A DNA stretch of 64,000 nucleotides from Armatimonadota bacterium (lineage in GTDB: Bacteria > Armatimonadota > HRBIN16): positions 4,384,001 to 4,448,000 of the forward strand of contig OY781964.1 in the NCBI GenBank assembly GCA_963677485.1, written 5' to 3'. Below, in pieces: positions 35,978 through 46,589 of the stretch. Position 1 is the first letter of the stretch. Each line of letters starts with the position of its first letter. The translations under genes and the position numbers were made by a program. A model generated the notes under the pieces. The model made no database searches. It saw only the letters and a program-made list of their open reading frames with translations, and was not told the origin of the DNA.

Positions 35978-37258
35978 ATGATGGATTTTGGCAAGAAATG
36001 TGCTGCAACCGCACTGTTAAAAATTGTGGTTGTGTTTGGTTGTGTTTGCTTTTGTTCTCACAACTCAATCGGTGCGGCGATCAAGCGAGGTGATGGTATG
36101 ACTGCATCTAGTACGGTAGTCAACAAAAAGGTTGTGCTCCAACATGTGCCAAGGTTTGGATGCTACAATGGCGAATCCGGCTGGTGTGTGGAAGAGAATG
36201 CCTTCCCATCGTGCCTTCGGGTCTTTTTACAATTCAAAGGTGTTGAAGATGAGATCAACTCCTTTGTAGGGACGTCAGACCGCTGGCACAAGGCATATAT
36301 GAATTTGATGGGCGCATCGGGTTCCTCCTTTAGATTGTTATGGACGCCTGAGTGGCAGTTCGGTAGTACCGACCTCATGGCCATGTCCCCCGATGCTCTA
36401 GAGCCGATCAAACGGGCTATAGGTTGCCTCGGATACGCGTATGATATCCGAATGAAGAAGAAGTTCGCCGCAACATACGGAATACTGCAGACGAGCGAAC
36501 CGAATGAAGCAACGTTTGTGGCGATGATTTGTGACAGCCTGCGAAAAGGCAATCCTGTGATCGCACATGGTGTGGTCAGTCCAGAGTTCTGCCTGATCAC
36601 CGGATATGATCCTGAATGTAACGCACTTCTGGGTTGGAGTAACGACCAGGATGATCCCAATTTCAATGCGGGCAAAGACCCGTCTGGCTATTTTATAAAA
36701 ACTGACTGGTATAGTTCCACGCAAATGGTTATCACATTAGGCGACAAACTCAAAGCACCACCGTTGAAAGAGGCTTACCTGGAATCACTACGAATGGCAG
36801 TGAAAGTCATGCGTACTGGCAAAGTAAGAGATATGTTGAGTGGACCGTCTGCATATAATGCTTGGGCTGATAGTTTGCGGAATGACGGCGATTTTCCAAA
36901 AGATAACCAGCAAGTGATGCGTCAGAGATATGCGATACATAAGCTGTCAGGCCTCACAGTCGCTGAAGGCCGTGCCTGGGGTGCGCAATACCTTAATAAT
37001 GTTGCCATAGCTTATCCGATAGCGAAAAAGGAATTAACAGCCGCGTCTGACTGCCTCAATGCCGAACACGATCTCGTCTGGGCAATCTGGGAGTTCACAG
37101 GCGGCGATACTTGGTCAGATGACGCCGCGATGAAATTGGCTAACTCTGGAGTACGATCTCGGATCATACCTTTGATTCGGTTGATGGGTAAGCTGGATTC
37201 CGAAGCGGCTGACCACATCGAACGGGCACTGAAGATTATCGGCAAGCATCACGACTAA
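35978..37258 (+). CDS. Hypothetical exported protein, papain-like (C39/BtrH_N-like) N-terminal part plus helical C-terminus
   Basis: GAGGTG RBS before ATG 35978 (alternative ATG 36098); 'SLRKGNPVIAHG...FCLITGYD' resembles the C39-like fold. Confidence 0.5.
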   Translation: MMDFGKKCAATALLKIVVVFGCVCFCSHNSIGAAIKRGDGMTASSTVVNKKVVLQHVPRFGCYNGESGWCVEENAFPSCLRVFLQFKGVEDEINSFVGTSDRWHKAYMNLMGASGSSFRLLWTPEWQFGSTDLMAMSPDALEPIKRAIGCLGYAYDIRMKKKFAATYGILQTSEPNEATFVAMICDSLRKGNPVIAHGVVSPEFCLITGYDPECNALLGWSNDQDDPNFNAGKDPSGYFIKTDWYSSTQMVITLGDKLKAPPLKEAYLESLRMAVKVMRTGKVRDMLSGPSAYNAWADSLRNDGDFPKDNQQVMRQRYAIHKLSGLTVAEGRAWGAQYLNNVAIAYPIAKKELTAASDCLNAEHDLVWAIWEFTGGDTWSDDAAMKLANSGVRSRIIPLIRLMGKLDSEAADHIERALKIIGKHHD

Positions 37259-37337
37259 CAGATCCCTAAAAAGTGAGTCGACCTTTCAGATACGAGTGCA
37301 GCGGTTGAACATTTTCGATGCATGATGGAGTACTCCT

Positions 37338-38093
37338 GTGAGTGATAGCGTCACACTAGATGGTGTGGTTTTAAGTCGGCGTAGTTTTGCGGAGGGTGAC
37401 CTTAGCGTCACGCTCTTTACAAAACAACGCGGTAAAATCAGCGTCGTGGCTAGAGGGGCACGAAAACCCAAAAGTAAGCTGGCTGGAGTGACAGAGCCTG
37501 GTGTTGAGGGACAGTTCCAAGTGATTCTGGGACGAAGCCGGTTCATCATGGGGCAGGTGATGCCCAGTAAGAGCCGGGTTGGAGTGCATCGGCAGTACCA
37601 ATCCTTGATGGCTATGCTCTACATGCTGGAACTTATTAGTGCAGCAGCGCCCGAAAATATCCCGAGCGAAAGTCTTTACAGATTGTTGCAATTTGGTCTT
37701 AGCATGATTGATCAAGAGGCGGATGCAGTCAGTTCCGTGGCGACCCTTCATTGCCTGCTACTACACAGCCAGGGAATCAGTCCTCGGTTCGACAGTTGTA
37801 TGCGCTGCCATGAAATGATTGGAGATGCATCACGCCAGATGTCGATGGGGTATGGTGGCTCGATATGTGACCGATGCAGCTTTGATGTTCACGACCTGGT
37901 GAAGTTGAACGCTGGGGCTGCCAGCATATGGTCGCAGCTCATCCGTTTTGAAAGCGTGAAGGGCAGTGATCAACAGGCCTGGTCTGATTTGCTGCTGGCC
38001 TCTCATGAGGCGGTCAGACACCATCTTGGACACGAGCTAAAGAATTGGCCTCTCTACATACAGGCCATGGAACTGAGCGATGAATCATGGTGA
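37338..38093 (+). CDS. recO: DNA repair protein RecO
   Basis: GVVL.RR.F.E.D..VTLFT...GKI..VARGARKPKSKL; Zn finger CMRC...CDRC. Confidence 0.92.
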   Translation: MSDSVTLDGVVLSRRSFAEGDLSVTLFTKQRGKISVVARGARKPKSKLAGVTEPGVEGQFQVILGRSRFIMGQVMPSKSRVGVHRQYQSLMAMLYMLELISAAAPENIPSESLYRLLQFGLSMIDQEADAVSSVATLHCLLLHSQGISPRFDSCMRCHEMIGDASRQMSMGYGGSICDRCSFDVHDLVKLNAGAASIWSQLIRFESVKGSDQQAWSDLLLASHEAVRHHLGHELKNWPLYIQAMELSDESW

Positions 38094-38578
38094 TCATGGG
38101 TATCGACCCTGGAACCGCGACCATAGGTGCCGCCGTGATCGAACAAGCTAATGGCGTGATCCATCCGCTGGCCATCGGCGTGGTGACCACAAAGCCGGAG
38201 CACGATGCGCCTCTACGGTTGAAGCAGGCCTACGACGCCATCTGTGCATTAATAGACAAGTATGAGCCCGATGTGATAGTGACGGAACGCCTGTTTTTCA
38301 GTAAAAATATCACCACAGCCATGTCGGTAAGTCGCACGATCGGTGTGATCTTGCTGGCCGCGGCTGAGCGTGAAATACCCTGGGTGGAATATACCCCTAT
38401 GCAGGTGAAACAGGCTGTGGTGGGGTATGGTTCTGCCGACAAAAAGCAGGTTCAGTATATGGTGACGAGGTTGCTTAACTTGAAAGAGACCCCGAAACCC
38501 GATGATGCGGCTGATGCCGCGGCGGTGGCATTATGCCACGCGCAGTCTGGCTGGTATGACAGACTGCGCGAGAAGTAG
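38087..38578 (+). CDS. ruvC: Holliday junction resolvase RuvC
   Basis: MGIDPG, ERLFF, YTPMQVKQAVVGYGSADKKQV, PDDAADA. Confidence 0.96.
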   Translation: MVIMGIDPGTATIGAAVIEQANGVIHPLAIGVVTTKPEHDAPLRLKQAYDAICALIDKYEPDVIVTERLFFSKNITTAMSVSRTIGVILLAAAEREIPWVEYTPMQVKQAVVGYGSADKKQVQYMVTRLLNLKETPKPDDAADAAAVALCHAQSGWYDRLREK

Positions 38579-38583
38579 GGTGC

Positions 38584-39381
38584 CTACGACAACTCGTCAG
38601 CCCGTTTCTTAGCGGCCATCACGGCATTCATAAAGGCATAGCGCACTCCACTGCGTTCCAACTCATTCAAGCCGGCGATTGTTGTTCCTGCTGGTGTGGT
38701 GACCATGTCCTTGAGAATGGCTGGATGCTGCTTGGTATCAAGAACCAGTGCAGCGGCTCCAGCAAGGGTCTGAGCTGCCAGTTCCAAAGCCACTTGCTTA
38801 GGTAATCCAGCCTGGACACCACCATCCGCCAATGCCTCGATCACCAGCAGCGCATAGGCGGGACCACTGCCGCTCAGCCCCGTGACGGCGTTCATGAGTC
38901 GCTCTTCAACCTGGACGCAGACGTTGATGCCGCCGAAGATATTCGATACGATCTCTGCATAGTCTTTCGGGCAGGCATGTCCCAGACTGAAAGCAGACGC
39001 CCCTTTTGCGATCTGAAGGCCCACATTAGGCATCACCCTTACCACTGGCTGATTTGCCGGTAACAGCGACTCTAGCTTATCGATCGTTACACCAGCTGCG
39101 ATACTTAATACCAGTGTGTGAGGCGCCAGTACTGGGCTGATTTCAGAAGCTACTGCGGGCACTATATGTGGTTTGACCGCTAGAATGAGCACATCAGCGT
39201 CTTTCGCAGCACGATCAACGCTGGGATATGCTTGTGCGGATACCAGCGACGAAAGCGACAGAGATTTGTCGTCATCCGCGTCATATAGAGAGAGCTCGGG
39301 CTTCACATCTTGATGAGAGTTTGCGAGTCCTTTGGCGATGGCTGAACCCATGGCTCCGCAGCCGATGATGCAGTATTTCAT
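38584..39381 (-). CDS. proC: Pyrroline-5-carboxylate reductase
   Basis: IGCGAMG, LAVKP, SIAAG, RVMPN, TGLSGSGPAY, VTTPAGTT. Confidence 0.96.
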   Translation of the reverse strand: MKYCIIGCGAMGSAIAKGLANSHQDVKPELSLYDADDDKSLSLSSLVSAQAYPSVDRAAKDADVLILAVKPHIVPAVASEISPVLAPHTLVLSIAAGVTIDKLESLLPANQPVVRVMPNVGLQIAKGASAFSLGHACPKDYAEIVSNIFGGINVCVQVEERLMNAVTGLSGSGPAYALLVIEALADGGVQAGLPKQVALELAAQTLAGAAALVLDTKQHPAILKDMVTTPAGTTIAGLNELERSGVRYAFMNAVMAAKKRADELS

Positions 39382-39388
39382 ATTACGC

Positions 39389-39715
39389 CTATTCGGATGG
39401 ACCGACGGACACGCTAGCCGTTTCTGGGCAACAAACCACGCAGTCAGATCCGACTGTCATCATTGATCCGTCAATTCCGTAAATCAAGCCTTGCAGGTAG
39501 TCCAGCATTCGGCGTTTCACGTCAGGGGTTGCATTTTCAAAACAGAGGAAGCAACTCTCACCAGCACGAAGAGCAATTGAAATACCTACATGGTCTTCAT
39601 AGTTCTCAATACTGTCGAAGATACGTATGTGCGTTGTTGTATCATCTTCGTCTGCCCGCCGTGATAAACCGCGAAAGAATCCCGTTTTAGCGTTATCGTC
39701 GTTAGCTGCTGACAT
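39389..39715 (-). CDS. sepF: Cell division protein SepF (divergent)
   Basis: 'KRRMLDYLQGLIYGIDGSM...CCP' matches the SepF R-x-x-D-F-x-x-G-x-x-Y-x-x-x-G core; lies between yggS and proC. Confidence 0.75.
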   Translation of the reverse strand: MSAANDDNAKTGFFRGLSRRADEDDTTTHIRIFDSIENYEDHVGISIALRAGESCFLCFENATPDVKRRMLDYLQGLIYGIDGSMMTVGSDCVVCCPETASVSVGPSE

Positions 39716-39822
39716 GATATGAGCCTCCGTATACAGAAAAAATGTATTCCAAGGGAATTATAAACTACTGTGAGCTATATCGCAAAAACAGGGGATTTAC
39801 AAGCGGCCGCACAGAGGAAAGC

Positions 39823-40509
39823 TTACCCGTGCTGGGTGTTGCGTGATCCAAATAGTGCTGAGCCGATGCGAATATATGTAGCCCCAGCCATGATGGCTTG
39901 TGGAAAATCACTAGTCATACCCATGGAGAGTGAACGGCCGATCCCATCGGGCAGATTTGCCGCCAGTTCGCGTAGCCGAAGGAAGAACGGGGTGGCTTGG
40001 TCGCCCGTCGCGTCAAAGGGTGGGATACCCATCAAGCCTCTTATGGAGATGTGTGGCATCTGGGAGACCTCGGAGACGAACGCGGGAAGCTGCTCAGGCG
40101 ACACTCCGCCTTTCTGCTGCTCTTCCGAGATGTTGACTTGAATGAGCACGTTCTGAACTATCGACGCGGCGGCCGCCCTTTTCTGTATTTCTTTCGCAGC
40201 AGATAACGAGTCGAGGGAGTGGATTAGCCAAACACCGGGCACGATATACTTCACTTTGTTGCTTTGAAGCTGCCCGATAAAGTGCCAACGGATGTCGGGA
40301 TACTGGATGCTCTGCATTTTGGCTTGAAGCTCTTGTATATAGTTCTCGCCAAAATCCCGAAGACCTGCCTCATAGGCTTCCTGTATGTCCTGTTCAGGTT
40401 TGGTTTTACTCACCGCGACCAGGCAGACATCGTCACGGCTTCGCGACGACTGGCTGCAATACTTCGATATCTGCTGTTCAACTAGATCGAACCCATTATG
40501 AAGGAACAT
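39823..40509 (-). CDS. yggS: YggS-family PLP homeostasis protein
   Basis: LVAVSKT, FGENYIQE, WHFIGQLQSNK, GLMGIPP, LSMGMTSD, RIGSALFG; start at 40509 or TTG 40545. Confidence 0.95.
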   Translation of the reverse strand: MFLHNGFDLVEQQISKYCSQSSRSRDDVCLVAVSKTKPEQDIQEAYEAGLRDFGENYIQELQAKMQSIQYPDIRWHFIGQLQSNKVKYIVPGVWLIHSLDSLSAAKEIQKRAAAASIVQNVLIQVNISEEQQKGGVSPEQLPAFVSEVSQMPHISIRGLMGIPPFDATGDQATPFFLRLRELAANLPDGIGRSLSMGMTSDFPQAIMAGATYIRIGSALFGSRNTQHG

Positions 40510-40519
40510 TGTTGCTGTA

Positions 40520-41197
40520 TTACTCCTCTGCGACGGTATACTCAAGCTGCTTCAATACACCGGTTTCCACGAACGCCACTCGCTCTGCCACATTCACCGC
40601 GTGGTCAGCGATTCGCTCAAGGTAAAGCAGTACGAGCAGCAGCGAGTAAGCTGGTGTGGTGATCTCTGGTTTGATGCTCATGGCCTGCAGCACATGGTTC
40701 CGCATCGATTTATAAAGACTATCGGCCGTTTCGTCCATGGCTGATACCTCTTCGCAGAGCGGCAGACTATGTTCCACAAATGCTTGAAAGCATGACCGTA
40801 TCATCAATTCGGCTACATCACGCAGCTTAGTGACATCGACTAGCTCGATCACACCAGGATGGTTTCTCAGCTTAAGCCCTTGCTTGGCGATGTCGACTGA
40901 GTGGTCGCATATGCGCTCCAGGTCAGTGATCACCTTGGTGACCGTGCCGATCAGGCGAAGATCGCGGGCCATAGGCTGTTGCAGAGCCAGCAGCTTGAGG
41001 CAATGCATTTCAATGGTAATGTCCATTTGGTCAGCTTTGTCGTCCATGGCGATGACTCGTCGGCAGGCTCCTTCATCGCGGTTGAGCAGTGCATCTACCG
41101 AGAGTGCCACCATCTGTTCCGCGTAACTGCCCATCTCGATCAATTCACCCTTCAGTGAGTTAAGTTCGTCGTCAAAATGATGACGTGTGTTTATCAT
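40520..41197 (-). CDS. phoU: Phosphate signalling protein PhoU
   Basis: LALQQPMARDLR, DLERICDH, LERIADHAVNVAE. Confidence 0.96.
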   Translation of the reverse strand: MINTRHHFDDELNSLKGELIEMGSYAEQMVALSVDALLNRDEGACRRVIAMDDKADQMDITIEMHCLKLLALQQPMARDLRLIGTVTKVITDLERICDHSVDIAKQGLKLRNHPGVIELVDVTKLRDVAELMIRSCFQAFVEHSLPLCEEVSAMDETADSLYKSMRNHVLQAMSIKPEITTPAYSLLLVLLYLERIADHAVNVAERVAFVETGVLKQLEYTVAEE

Positions 41198-41291
41198 GGT
41201 TTGGGTTCCTTTACTTAATTACAGTCGGAGAGTCCGAGGCGATTGGTCGATTGAGTTCTAACTTCTAGCATATCACAAGACAGCCAGCAGA

Positions 41292-42140
41292 CTATCCGAA
41301 CCGACCGCGGATGTAATCATCTGTCTCACTACGATCGGGATTGGTAAACATCTTCGGCGTCTCTCCGAACTCCAGCAACTCACCCCTGAAGAAAAAGCCC
41401 GTCATTTCACTGCATCGTGCCGCCTGCTGCATGTTGTGAGTCACGATGATGATGGTATATTGTTGTTTCAACTCCTGCATCAGTTCTTCGATGCGGAAGG
41501 TGGCAGTAGGGTCTAGCGCAGAAGCGGGTTCATCCATCAACAATATGGCGGGTTCGACAGCCAGCGTGCGGGCAATGCACATCCGCTGCTGTTGGCCGCC
41601 TGATAATGCCATAGCCGACTGGTTCAGCTTATCCTTCACTTCATCCCACAGTGCGGCCTGCTGCAGGCTACGCTCCACGATTTGCAGCAGATCGGCTTTA
41701 CGCTTCATTCCGTGTACTCGAGGCCCATATGCCACATTGTCAAAGATGGACATTGGGAATGGATTCGGGCGTTGAAACACCATCCCGATATGTTTTCGCA
41801 GCGCGACTACATCCGTGTTTGGTGAGGTGATTTCTTCTCCCTCGATCATGATGCTGCCCAGAACACGTGTCCCTTCGATCAGGTCATTCATGCGGTTGAG
41901 CGAGCGTAAAAAAGTAGACTTCCCACATCCTGAGGGACCTATTAGCGCGGTGATCTGTCGCGGCTGGATGCTGATTGACACATTCTTGATGGCATGAAAA
42001 TCACCGTAATATACATTAACGTCCTTTGCCACCAATATTGGCTCAGGCTTTATCTCCATTTGAATCCTCTCTTCAGCACGATTCCGTGTCTCAGGTAGAA
42101 TGAGGTTTTGTGTTGTCACTGTGCTCACCTTAGTGTCCAC
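41292..42140 (-). CDS. pstB: Phosphate ABC transporter ATPase
   Basis: [46 protein letters not shown]; alternative start ATG 42059. Confidence 0.97.
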   Translation of the reverse strand: MDTKVSTVTTQNLILPETRNRAEERIQMEIKPEPILVAKDVNVYYGDFHAIKNVSISIQPRQITALIGPSGCGKSTFLRSLNRMNDLIEGTRVLGSIMIEGEEITSPNTDVVALRKHIGMVFQRPNPFPMSIFDNVAYGPRVHGMKRKADLLQIVERSLQQAALWDEVKDKLNQSAMALSGGQQQRMCIARTLAVEPAILLMDEPASALDPTATFRIEELMQELKQQYTIIIVTHNMQQAARCSEMTGFFFRGELLEFGETPKMFTNPDRSETDDYIRGRFG

Positions 42141-42984
42141 CTTGTTGCTGTTTGGTTGCCAACCTGGCTATGACGTTCAACCCTAGCACGATGATGATCA
42201 GCACCAGCGCCGCCGCCCAGGCCTGTCGATGCCAGTCAGCATACGGTGACTTTGCATACTCAAAAATCTGCACAGGTAGACTGGCCATAGGCCGATCAAT
42301 GTAGAAGTTCCAGAATCGGCTGCCTGCGGCCGTAAACAGCAGGGGAGCAGCTTCACCAAAAGACCGCGATACCGCCAGTATCAAACCGGTAGTGATACCG
42401 CCTTTGGCTGCGGGCATGACGACCGACCAGATCGTTCTTGCGGTGGTCGCTCCCAAACCCAGCGAGCCTTCCCGTAATGCGCGGGGAACAGTGCGTACCG
42501 CTTCTTCCGTGGTGCGGGTGATCACCGGGAGCATCAGAATCGCCAAAGCCACCGATCCGGCAAATGCCGAAAAGCCCTTCATTGGGACCACAATCAAGGA
42601 CCACACCGCGACACCTAACAAGATGCTGGGAACGCCATTCATCACGTCTGCCGAAAACCGCACTGCGTCCGCCCACTTGCCCTTGCCAAACTCGGCCAGG
42701 TAGATTCCGGCACTGATCGCTATAGGAGCCGCAATGGCAAGGGCTATCGATACCATGATGAAGCTGCCCACGACAGCCTGACCGATACCGCCGCCGAGTT
42801 CGCCAGGGGCCTTCGGCAGTTGAGTCAACAGGTCAAGGTTGATGGAACTGGCTCCTTGATACACTAGATAGCCCAGTATTAGAAAGACGGGTGTCATCAC
42901 CGTGATGGCTCCGACTGCGCACACGCCTAGCGCGATGTGGCTGCCGATTCGGCGTTGGCATTCAAACGAAGATAGTTTTTTCAT
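42130..42984 (-). CDS. pstA: Phosphate ABC transporter permease
   Basis: [33 protein letters not shown]. Confidence 0.95.
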   Translation of the reverse strand: MKKLSSFECQRRIGSHIALGVCAVGAITVMTPVFLILGYLVYQGASSINLDLLTQLPKAPGELGGGIGQAVVGSFIMVSIALAIAAPIAISAGIYLAEFGKGKWADAVRFSADVMNGVPSILLGVAVWSLIVVPMKGFSAFAGSVALAILMLPVITRTTEEAVRTVPRALREGSLGLGATTARTIWSVVMPAAKGGITTGLILAVSRSFGEAAPLLFTAAGSRFWNFYIDRPMASLPVQIFEYAKSPYADWHRQAWAAALVLIIIVLGLNVIARLATKQQQGGH

Positions 42985-43940
42985 GCTGTTTTATCTCCCG
43001 ACTTCGTGACGCGCCATATCAGCATTCGAGCGATGATGTTGATTATCAGTGTGATGACCAACAGACAAAGTCCTATGGTGCTTAAGGAGCTATAGTGCAA
43101 CACCGCATCGGCCTCACTGAACTCATTCGCGATCACACTGGCCATCGTATAGCCTGGCTGGAAAAGGCTCATGCTGATGCTTGGCCTGTTTCCGATGACC
43201 ATAGTCACAGCCATGGTTTCGCCCACCGCACGTCCATATCCCAGCATGATCGCCGCGAAAATCCCCACACGCGAGTATCGCAGCACAATGTGCCGGATCG
43301 TCTCCCAGCGAGTGGCTCCCAAGCCCATCGATGCCTCGCGCTGGCTCTGAGGGCAGGACGAAATGACATCGCGGGCGACGGCGGTGATGTACGGTATGAC
43401 CATGATGGCCAGCACCAGTATGGCGGATAGCATACTGGAGCCGATAGCTGGGCCTTCAAAGATGGCTATATGGCCAAACTTGGTTGACAATGGCAACTGG
43501 ACATACTTTTGCAGCAGTGGGATGAGCACATAGATCGCCCATAACCCGTACACAACAGATGGGATCGCTGCTAGCAACTCCACCATGAAGGAGATCGGTC
43601 TTTTCATCCACGAAGGTGCTATCTCAGATATGAAGATCGCAGTCGCCAGGCTGAACGGAATCGCGATACATAGCGCAAGAATTGATGTCACGAGTGTGCC
43701 AAAAATGAACGGCAGACTGCCAAATACGTTGGCTACAGGGTTCCAGACGCTGGTGGTGAAGAACCGCCAGCCAAACTGAAGCAAGGCTGGCCTGGAGGAT
43801 TGGTAGACCTGGACTGAGATGAACACAATTGTGGCGATGACAGTAAAGGCTGCCACGGCGGTTCCCATGCGGAACAAACTGTCAGTCAGCTTATTCCGCA
43901 TGGCACTAGTCTTCCTACCTGCTTGCATCGATTGGTGCAT
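42981..43940 (-). CDS. pstC: Phosphate ABC transporter permease
   Basis: ELLAAIPSVVYGLW, GRAVGETMAV, IANEFSEA. Confidence 0.96.
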   Translation of the reverse strand: MHQSMQAGRKTSAMRNKLTDSLFRMGTAVAAFTVIATIVFISVQVYQSSRPALLQFGWRFFTTSVWNPVANVFGSLPFIFGTLVTSILALCIAIPFSLATAIFISEIAPSWMKRPISFMVELLAAIPSVVYGLWAIYVLIPLLQKYVQLPLSTKFGHIAIFEGPAIGSSMLSAILVLAIMVIPYITAVARDVISSCPQSQREASMGLGATRWETIRHIVLRYSRVGIFAAIMLGYGRAVGETMAVTMVIGNRPSISMSLFQPGYTMASVIANEFSEADAVLHYSSLSTIGLCLLVITLIINIIARMLIWRVTKSGDKTA

Positions 43941-43943
43941 GAA

Positions 43944-44975
43944 CTAGTTGCTCTTTAGCAACTGCTGTGCTAGCGCGGCTACTTCTGGGTGCAGAGGCAC
44001 ATAGTCCAGGTCAGCCGCCAGCTTTTGCCCGTCGGTGAGTACCCAGTTGAAGTAGCCGGTGATCTCCTTTGAGCTGCCTTTGTATAGAAGCACGTATACC
44101 ATCCCAGAGATCGGGTAGCTTTCCTCACCAGACATGTTCACCAGGCTGCTGCGGATGTCTTTCTTCAGCAAGTCAATACCTGCCGCTGTCGCGGCTGCAC
44201 CGGATTTGCTGGACGGGACCACATATTTACCGGCGGCATTTTCCACACTGGCGGTTTGGAGTTTGTTCTGCTTAGCATAAGCTAGCTCTACGTATCCTAT
44301 TGCACCGACCGTCTGCTGAACCTGGTTAGTGACGCCTTCATTACCTTTAGCGCCGACACCGACCGGCCATTGCACGGCTTTGCCTTTACCAACTTTAGCC
44401 TTCCATTCAGGACTGACATTACTCAAAAAGTCGGTGACAATGTAGGTCGTTCCGCTTCCGTCGCTGCGATGAGCTAGAACGATAGGGGTTGATGGCAACT
44501 TCAAGCCAGCGTTCGCTGCTGCGATGGCCGGGTCATTCCATGTTTTGATAGAACCCAGGAAAATGCCTGCCACTACCTTTTGGGACAGGTTGAGGGGTTG
44601 TTTCACTTCCGGCAGGTTATATACCAAAGCCACAGTACCAGCGATCACAGGGAATTGGATGAATGGCTTTGTGACCTCACTCACAGCCTTGTCATCAAGG
44701 GCCACGTCGGTGGCACCGAATTGCACTGTGTTACTTTTGAACTGCTTGATACCGCCACCGCTGCCGATGCTCTGGTAGTCCACTTTCAAACCGTTAGAGG
44801 CAGCATAGTCCTGCGACCATTTCGCCATGATGGGATACACGAATGTGGAGCCAGCTCCGACTACCGTTTGGCCGCCTGCATTACTACCTTGCGAACCAGG
44901 TTTCGGAGCGCAGCCAACAACCAAAAGTGTGGCTAATGCGCAGATGGCTGGTAACCTATATCCGAGTGTTTGCAT
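43944..44975 (-). CDS. pstS: Phosphate-binding lipoprotein
   Basis: Lipobox LVVGC; GAGSTF, YQSIGSGGG, RSDGSGTT, GNEGV, GYVE. Confidence 0.96.
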   Translation of the reverse strand: MQTLGYRLPAICALATLLVVGCAPKPGSQGSNAGGQTVVGAGSTFVYPIMAKWSQDYAASNGLKVDYQSIGSGGGIKQFKSNTVQFGATDVALDDKAVSEVTKPFIQFPVIAGTVALVYNLPEVKQPLNLSQKVVAGIFLGSIKTWNDPAIAAANAGLKLPSTPIVLAHRSDGSGTTYIVTDFLSNVSPEWKAKVGKGKAVQWPVGVGAKGNEGVTNQVQQTVGAIGYVELAYAKQNKLQTASVENAAGKYVVPSSKSGAAATAAGIDLLKKDIRSSLVNMSGEESYPISGMVYVLLYKGSSKEITGYFNWVLTDGQKLAADLDYVPLHPEVAALAQQLLKSN

Positions 44976-45040
44976 ATTAATCTCCTGAGAGGTTGAAAAC
45001 TCTGATCTTTCGATCTTACAACATTAAGATACATTCGGAT

Positions 45041-45057
45041 TATTAAGGCTATGTTAA
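45041..45057 (-). promoter_or_regulatory. Putative Pho box upstream of pstS
   Basis: Minus strand TTAACA-N5-TTAATA, direct repeat with 11-nt period, resembling PhoP/SphR boxes. Confidence 0.55.
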
Positions 45058-45132
45058 CACAGCCTGGTTTTAGGCGGATGGAGGGCAATTAAGTTTGAGT
45101 GAGGCTGGTAATTCACGATGTTGACGAAGAGC

Positions 45133-46350
45133 CTATTCCATATACCGTGAGTGGGTGGGGTATTTACGGTGCCCTTGTAACTGTACGAATATGCTGATGA
45201 ACATCAATATCGAGCTGATCATGAATATGCCGTGCATAGACATAATATTGTGCTGATACAGAAAGGCCCCGATGAACGGGCATGTGATTCCCCGAAGACC
45301 CATGAGGGTGAGGAAAACGGCCTGGTAACTGGTGACACGTTCTTTAGGTGCATACGCAAGCACGCCGCTTAAATACGCCAGTTCAAATCCTGCGTTTGCA
45401 ATGCCTGATATGACAAATACTGGTATCAACATCCAGGCGTGTGTAGCCAGGCAATATCCCAGGGGGATCAGTGCATAGATAAACGCGAGGATGGCGGTCG
45501 CTAGTGTGGGCGTTTTACGGTCAATGAAATGTCCCCAGTAGGCATATGCGAAGATCGCCGCTAACTGGGATATGATGGTATACCATCCGCTCCACACCAT
45601 GTCGACATGTAGCTTGTCTACCTGGTATAGAACAAAAATCGGCAGTGCCAGTAGATTAGCTCCGCCCGATATGAAAATACCAAGACAGAACCATCCATAT
45701 CCTGGGTTATCCTTAAGAGCCGAAACTGCATTGTGTATGAAGGTCCATATTGGCACACTGCGGTCGCCCGATCTGTCTTCGGACTTGATGAACGAGAAGC
45801 AGATACCAGCCGCCATTCCAAACAATCCCGCGATGGCAAATACCGTGCGGAAAAGTGAATGGTTGTTTAGAATTGGTCCAGCCAGGGCCGTCACAGTCAG
45901 GCCGACGATCACTTGGCCGGTCCGCACATACCCGATCACTTTCGCTCTGCAGTGGGTCGGGTATATTTCGTTCATCACCGCCGAATAGGCTGGTCCGCAC
46001 AGCGTCATGATGAGCCAGTATGCGGCGACGATTGTGACATAGATCACGCTGGTGCGCGCGAAAATCATCAACAGCAGCAGACTGCTTGCCAGTACATTCG
46101 ACCAGACCACGACGGGTTTCTTTCGTCTTCCCTCGATCGAGTGTGCGGCGAAAATCGCTAGAATATACCCCATCACCGGAGCCATCGTGATGATACTAAG
46201 CTGCATAGGGGATGCATGAAGCACCAATCGCGCCACAACAGGCACAAAGGGCACAGTCAATCCTGTCATCACTGCACCCAGCATTGCGGCTGTTGAGTCC
46301 TTCATGTAGGCATCGAGTGCCACAGAAGGAACGAATTTCTTGAAAATCAC
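45133..46350 (-). CDS. MFS transporter (paralogue B)
   Basis: About 12 hydrophobic segments, 'WGHFIDRK' loop; strongly similar to 46590..47801; GTG start. Confidence 0.85.
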   Translation of the reverse strand: MIFKKFVPSVALDAYMKDSTAAMLGAVMTGLTVPFVPVVARLVLHASPMQLSIITMAPVMGYILAIFAAHSIEGRRKKPVVVWSNVLASSLLLLMIFARTSVIYVTIVAAYWLIMTLCGPAYSAVMNEIYPTHCRAKVIGYVRTGQVIVGLTVTALAGPILNNHSLFRTVFAIAGLFGMAAGICFSFIKSEDRSGDRSVPIWTFIHNAVSALKDNPGYGWFCLGIFISGGANLLALPIFVLYQVDKLHVDMVWSGWYTIISQLAAIFAYAYWGHFIDRKTPTLATAILAFIYALIPLGYCLATHAWMLIPVFVISGIANAGFELAYLSGVLAYAPKERVTSYQAVFLTLMGLRGITCPFIGAFLYQHNIMSMHGIFMISSILMFISIFVQLQGHRKYPTHSRYME

Positions 46351-46473
46351 GATAGATAAGTGTCCCTTATACCGAGATGGTCCAGAACGAAATCAGGCAA
46401 AGATGCGGTCAGCAAGGCAAAACGATGATAAATGGCTTGCAGAACTTGCCATATTTTGAAGCAGCGACGTCGA

Positions 46474-46514
46474 GTCACTAAAGCTGTTTTACCGCGTCGG
46501 TGTGTGAATTGCAA
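46474..46514 (-). promoter_or_regulatory. Duplicated promoter-like block upstream of MFS B
   Basis: Minus strand TTGCAA-N17-TAAAAC...TTAGTGAC; 30 of 41 nt identical to 47842..47882 by manual alignment. Confidence 0.55.
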
Positions 46515-46589
46515 ATGAGTGCAATGGAGCCCTATCAATAAACTGCATTGCTGGAGTGGGGTATCCACGGATAGGTCTGCGTGGGTTTG

